A stretch of 40,407 bases of DNA from Longimicrobiales bacterium. Its GTDB lineage: Bacteria > Gemmatimonadota > Gemmatimonadetes > Longimicrobiales > Gaopeijiaceae. The notes beneath the pieces were generated by a model. That model was not told the origin of the DNA. It made no database searches and saw nothing but the letters and a program-made list of their open reading frames with translations. Position 1 is the first letter of the stretch. Each line of letters opens with the position of its first letter. The position numbers and the translations under genes were made by a program. Below, piece after piece: positions 36,666-40,407 of this stretch. The stretch spans positions 1-40,407 of the forward strand of contig CBDAON010000001.1 of assembly GCA_965198065.1 (NCBI GenBank), given 5' to 3'.

Positions 36666-37553
36666 CTAGCCGGAGGATGCCTTCCGCCTCCCTGCCCTCT
36701 TGCCGGCCGACGCGGCCGACTTTGCTCCCTTCTTCGCGGCCGCGTCCTTCTTGCCGGCCCTCTCGGCCGGCTTCCGCTCGGTGTCCTCCTTGAGGCTGGC
36801 CTTCAAGGCATCCATGAGGTCGATGATCTGGACCTGGGGCTCCTCGGCGGGAGCGATCGTGATCTCCTGCCCCTCAACTTTCTGCTGGATCAGCTCGAGC
36901 GTCCTGTCCCGTACCTCGTCCCGGTAGCTCTCCGGGTGGAACTCGGAGGTGGCCAGCTGCTCGATCAGCTGGGTGGCGAGCTTGAGTTCCTGATCCTTGA
37001 CCTCGCCCTCGTCGATGGGAACCTCGGAAGCGGAGCGCACCTCGTCCGCGTAACGGAGCTGCTCCATCACGAGCAACTCGCCCATCGGCCTGAGCATGAC
37101 GAGGTGCTGCCGCCCACGGGTGGCGTACTTACCGATCGCCACGCGCTCCGTCCGCACTAGGGCCGCCACGAAGAGCCGGTACGCCCGCGCGCTGCCCTTG
37201 TCCGGTCCCAGGTAGTAGGCGCGGTCGCAGTAAAGCCGGTCCACCTCCTCCGCGGGAACGAACTCAACGACCTCGACGGAGTCGCCCTTCGGCATCTCGA
37301 GGGCCTTGAGCTCGTCGTCGCTGAAGATCACGTACTGCCCCCTCGAGAACTCGTACCCCTTCACTGTGTCCTCGCGGGGCACGATCTCCTGGTCCTGGGG
37401 GCAGATGTACTGCTGCTTGAGCCTCGTCCCGCACTTGCCGTGAAGCATGTTGAAGGACACACGCGCCGACGACTCGCCGGTCGAGTAGAGCTTCACGGGC
37501 ACGGAAACGAGCCCGAACGAAACTGTCGTGGTGGCAATCGATCGAGCAGTCAT
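36666..37553 (-). CDS. ku: Non-homologous end-joining protein Ku
   Basis: SFGLVSVPVKLY, VKGYE, DRAYYLGP, YRDEV and IIDLMDALKASL, plus a basic C-terminal tail. Confidence 0.96.
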   Translation of the reverse strand: MTARSIATTTVSFGLVSVPVKLYSTGESSARVSFNMLHGKCGTRLKQQYICPQDQEIVPREDTVKGYEFSRGQYVIFSDDELKALEMPKGDSVEVVEFVPAEEVDRLYCDRAYYLGPDKGSARAYRLFVAALVRTERVAIGKYATRGRQHLVMLRPMGELLVMEQLRYADEVRSASEVPIDEGEVKDQELKLATQLIEQLATSEFHPESYRDEVRDRTLELIQQKVEGQEITIAPAEEPQVQIIDLMDALKASLKEDTERKPAERAGKKDAAAKKGAKSAASAGKRAGRRKASSG

Positions 37554-37615
37554 AGAACGGGAAATATATGTTTACCGGTTCACAAGAGGCAACGACGACG
37601 TGGTAACATAGCGAA
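37554..37615. promoter_or_regulatory. Divergent ku/ligD promoter region
   Basis: 62-bp AT-rich spacer. Extended -10 TGGTAACAT lies 6 nt before the ligD ATG. Imperfect IR TATGTTTACC...GGTAACATA. Confidence 0.55.
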
Positions 37616-40198
37616 ATGAGCCCCAAGGCCCCTGATCGCCTGGAGCGATACCGGGAGAAGAGGTCCGCCGCCCGGACCCCCGAGCCGTTTGCGGCGATGG
37701 CGGCGAGCGCGCCCGTCTCGTCCGGTGGAGGTCGCCTCTTCGTCGTCCAGAAGCACTCCGCCACCAACCTTCACTGGGACTTACGCCTCGAGTCGGACGG
37801 GGTCCTCCTCTCCTGGGCCGTTCCGAAGGGGCCATCCCCGAACCCGATTGACAAGCGGCTCGCCGTCCACGTGGAGGACCACCCTCTGGACTACGCTGAC
37901 TTCGAGGGGGTGATCCCGGAGGGGGAGTACGGGGCCGGGCCCGTCATTGTCTGGGACAAGGGGGTCTGGATCCCGATCGAGGACGAGCACGCGGGTATGG
38001 AGAAGGGAAAGCTCCTGTTCGAGCTCCGAGGCTACAAGCTCCGCGGGAAGTGGACGCTCGTGAAGACGAAGCAGTCCGAGAAGTCATGGCTCCTGATCAA
38101 GGAGCGGGATTCGTTCGTGCGGGAGGTGGGCACTGAGCACTACCCGGACGACTCGATCTACTCGGGGCTCCTCGTGGACGACCTGAAGAGCGTCGGCGCC
38201 CGCTCCGAGGCGATCGTGAAGAAGATCGTGAAGCTGGGGGCGAAGAAGCGGCCCGTGGATCCCCGGAAGGTCCAGATCATGCTCGCGACTTCGGTGGACG
38301 AGCCCTTTTCGAAGAAGGGTTGGGTCTTCGAGATCAAGTACGACGGGTATCGGCTCATCGCGGGGCGTGACGGTGGCGAGGCCGTTCTCGTGACCCGCTC
38401 CGGAGCCGATTTCACCGAGACGTTTCCCGACGTCGCCCGGGCCGTGCGCGGCCTACCCTACGACGGGCTCGTGCTGGACGGCGAGGTCGTAGTCCACGAT
38501 GACCGCGGGCTCCCGAGCTTCGGGCGGCTCCAGCGCAGGGGGCTCCTCCGACGCCGGGCCGACGTGGCCCGGGCCGCGCTCGAGCTCCCCGCCACCTTCT
38601 ACGCCTTCGACCTCCTGGGCTTCGGAGACTACGACCTGAGGGGCCTCCCGCTCTCAAGAAGGAAGGAGATCCTAAAGGAGATCCTCCCGTCGATCGGCCC
38701 CGTCCGCTTTTCGGACCACATCGAAACCCTCGGGAAGGAGATGTACGACCAGGTCTGCTCGATGGGGCTGGAGGGGGTCGTTGGGAAGAAGGCGGACGCG
38801 CCACACCGCGACGGCCGCTCGAAGAACTGGCTGAAGGTTCGAGCGCTGCGGAGCGACGACTTCGTCGTCATCGGGTGGACCGATCCCGCCGGCTCCCGAC
38901 CCGCTTTCGGAGCGCTGCACCTGGCCCAGTACGCGGCCGATGGCGAGCTCGTCTATCTGGGGAGCGTGGGGACGGGCTTCGACGGAACGCTCCTGAAGAA
39001 GCTCCATGTGGAGCTCATCGAGCTGGAGGTGGACGAGCAGCCATTCGAGGGCGAAGTCCCGGAGGCCCGGCGCGGGAAACGCAGCCACCACTGGGTACGC
39101 CCGGAGCTGGTGTGCGAGGTGCGTTACACGGAGATCACGGAGCAGGGGCTGCTCCGCCATCCGGTCTTCGTCAGGCTCCGGGACGACAAGGGGCCCGAGG
39201 AGTGCATCGTCCAGGCGGTCGCGGAGGATCCGACGACCGAGGAGAACGAGGCAACCCGGACGGACGCGCCGTCAGGTGACGGAGCCCCCTCGGCGTGGGG
39301 CCGGAAGGAGGTCCCCTTCACGAACCTGGACAAGGTATTCTGGCCCGATCAGCCGTACACGAAAGGAGACCTGATCGAGTACTACCGTTCCGTCTCCGAG
39401 TGGCTCCTCCCCTACCTCCGGGACCGCCCCCTCGTCCTGACCCGCTACCCGGACGGGATCGACGGGAAGTCGTTCTTCCAGAAGAACGCGCCGGAGTGGG
39501 CGCCCGACTGGATCCAGACTCTGACGCTCTGGAGCGAGGATTCGGAGCGGGACATCGAGTATTTCGTCGTGAACGACCTCGAGTCGCTCCTCTACGTCGT
39601 CAACCTGGGAACGATCCCGCTCCACATCTGGTCCAGCCGCGTGTCGAGCCTCGGGCAGCCCGACTGGTGCATCCTGGACCTGGACCCGAAGGATGCGCCC
39701 TTCGAGGACGTCGTGGCCATCGCGCGGCACATCCACCGGCTCTGCGAGGAGATCGACCTCCCGGCCTTCGCGAAGACGAGCGGCTCGTCCGGCATACACG
39801 TCCTGATCCCAATCGGGCGACAGTGCACGTACAAGCAGTCGAAGGCGCTCGCGGAGCTCCTCGCCCGGGTCGTCGCCGCCGACCTCCCCAACATTGCAAC
39901 GATCACGCGAAGCCCGTCGAAGCGCGGGGGCCGGGTTTACCTGGACTTCGTTCAGAACGGACGGGGCCGGCTCCTGGTGGCGCCGTTCAGCGCTCGCCCG
40001 GTGCCGGAGGCCGCGGTCTCCGCCCCGCTCAAATGGACCGAAGTGACCCGCAAGCTGACGGCGCGCAAGCACACGATCGCGACCCTGCCGAAGCGGATGC
40101 GCCGCTTCGGAGAGGATCCGATGGCTCCGGTGCTCGGGCTCAAGCCTGACCTGATGAGCGCCCTCGGACAGCTATCGGAGCGGCTGAGCCGGGCGTGA
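37616..40198 (+). CDS. ligD: DNA ligase D (phosphoesterase-ligase-polymerase)
   Basis: PE domain (FVVQKH, HWDLRLE, SWAVPKGPS, EDHP), ligase (EIKYDGYR, EGVVGKK, LRHPVF), Pol domain (TNLDKV, RYPDGI, DLDP, KTSGSSGIH). Confidence 0.97.
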   Translation: MSPKAPDRLERYREKRSAARTPEPFAAMAASAPVSSGGGRLFVVQKHSATNLHWDLRLESDGVLLSWAVPKGPSPNPIDKRLAVHVEDHPLDYADFEGVIPEGEYGAGPVIVWDKGVWIPIEDEHAGMEKGKLLFELRGYKLRGKWTLVKTKQSEKSWLLIKERDSFVREVGTEHYPDDSIYSGLLVDDLKSVGARSEAIVKKIVKLGAKKRPVDPRKVQIMLATSVDEPFSKKGWVFEIKYDGYRLIAGRDGGEAVLVTRSGADFTETFPDVARAVRGLPYDGLVLDGEVVVHDDRGLPSFGRLQRRGLLRRRADVARAALELPATFYAFDLLGFGDYDLRGLPLSRRKEILKEILPSIGPVRFSDHIETLGKEMYDQVCSMGLEGVVGKKADAPHRDGRSKNWLKVRALRSDDFVVIGWTDPAGSRPAFGALHLAQYAADGELVYLGSVGTGFDGTLLKKLHVELIELEVDEQPFEGEVPEARRGKRSHHWVRPELVCEVRYTEITEQGLLRHPVFVRLRDDKGPEECIVQAVAEDPTTEENEATRTDAPSGDGAPSAWGRKEVPFTNLDKVFWPDQPYTKGDLIEYYRSVSEWLLPYLRDRPLVLTRYPDGIDGKSFFQKNAPEWAPDWIQTLTLWSEDSERDIEYFVVNDLESLLYVVNLGTIPLHIWSSRVSSLGQPDWCILDLDPKDAPFEDVVAIARHIHRLCEEIDLPAFAKTSGSSGIHVLIPIGRQCTYKQSKALAELLARVVAADLPNIATITRSPSKRGGRVYLDFVQNGRGRLLVAPFSARPVPEAAVSAPLKWTEVTRKLTARKHTIATLPKRMRRFGEDPMAPVLGLKPDLMSALGQLSERLSRA

Positions 40199-40237
40199 GG
40201 TTCCGGTGATCCCGCAGGGACGGGCTCGCTACGCCCC

Positions 40238-40407
40238 TCAGAGCCCCCCGGCCCACTCGACCGTCACGTCCGCCAGCTCGTCCAGCACCTCGTCGTCGGT
40301 TCTCCCCGAGCTCTTCCGCACCGTGGAAGGAATGGTCTCCCTCGTCCACGGCGTGGAGGCGGGCCCACCCTCCAAGCGCGTCGCAGACCGAGCGGACGAG
40401 ATCGAAG
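40238..40407 (-). CDS. Alpha/beta hydrolase, 3' end (5'-partial; apparent +1 indel at ~40321)
   Basis: VCDALGGWARLHAVDEGDHSFH continues as VRKSSGRTDDEVLDELAD...W* if one G is removed. GDHSF fits a catalytic His motif. Confidence 0.6.
   Translation of the reverse strand, partial: SISSARSATRLEGGPASTPWTRETIPSTVRKSSGRTDDEVLDELADVTVEWAGGL

Noticed and set aside
11177..40198. Many overlapping 60-480 aa alternative-frame ORFs
   Set aside because: Arg/Pro/Gly-rich shadow ORFs expected in high-GC DNA, overlapping well-supported genes.

Overview
GC-rich bacterial DNA; the gene content suggests Gemmatimonadota, possibly host-associated (inference only). The window has two parts. (1) 1-~10,590 is an accessory island. 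It holds the 3' end of a type I-G (formerly I-U) CRISPR-Cas operon (cas7u/csb1, csb2) followed directly by a leader and a 16-repeat array, with no cas4/cas1/cas2 in between. Then come decayed mobile DNA: two oppositely oriented oriT-like/mobC remnants, a SEL1-repeat lipoprotein, a pseudogenised IS256 with IRs and an 8-bp TSD, a DUF5677-like remnant, an IS4-family element with 17-bp IRs and an 11-bp TSD sitting in a multi-hairpin element, and a truncated P4-like integrase next to a 5'-truncated DUF1501 gene. (2) ~10,590-40,407 is chromosomal backbone: ABC exporter, PP2C phosphatase, PAP2 pseudogene, SEC59-like membrane protein, an FG-GAP protein, two tandem choice-of-anchor-B proteins, spmA-spmB-mpl, a sulfite-oxidase-like enzyme, ggt/ldcA, DUF3014, a SprT-like protease, a histone-H1-like protein, msrPQ, and an NHEJ locus (MerR-TPR + ku divergent from ligD). 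The best leads are the adaptation-less I-G CRISPR as probable island cargo, a possible SpmAB/Mpl/LdcA/GGT peptidoglycan-recycling module, and a MerR-TPR partner of Ku/LigD. All product calls come from motif recognition by eye; no searches were run.
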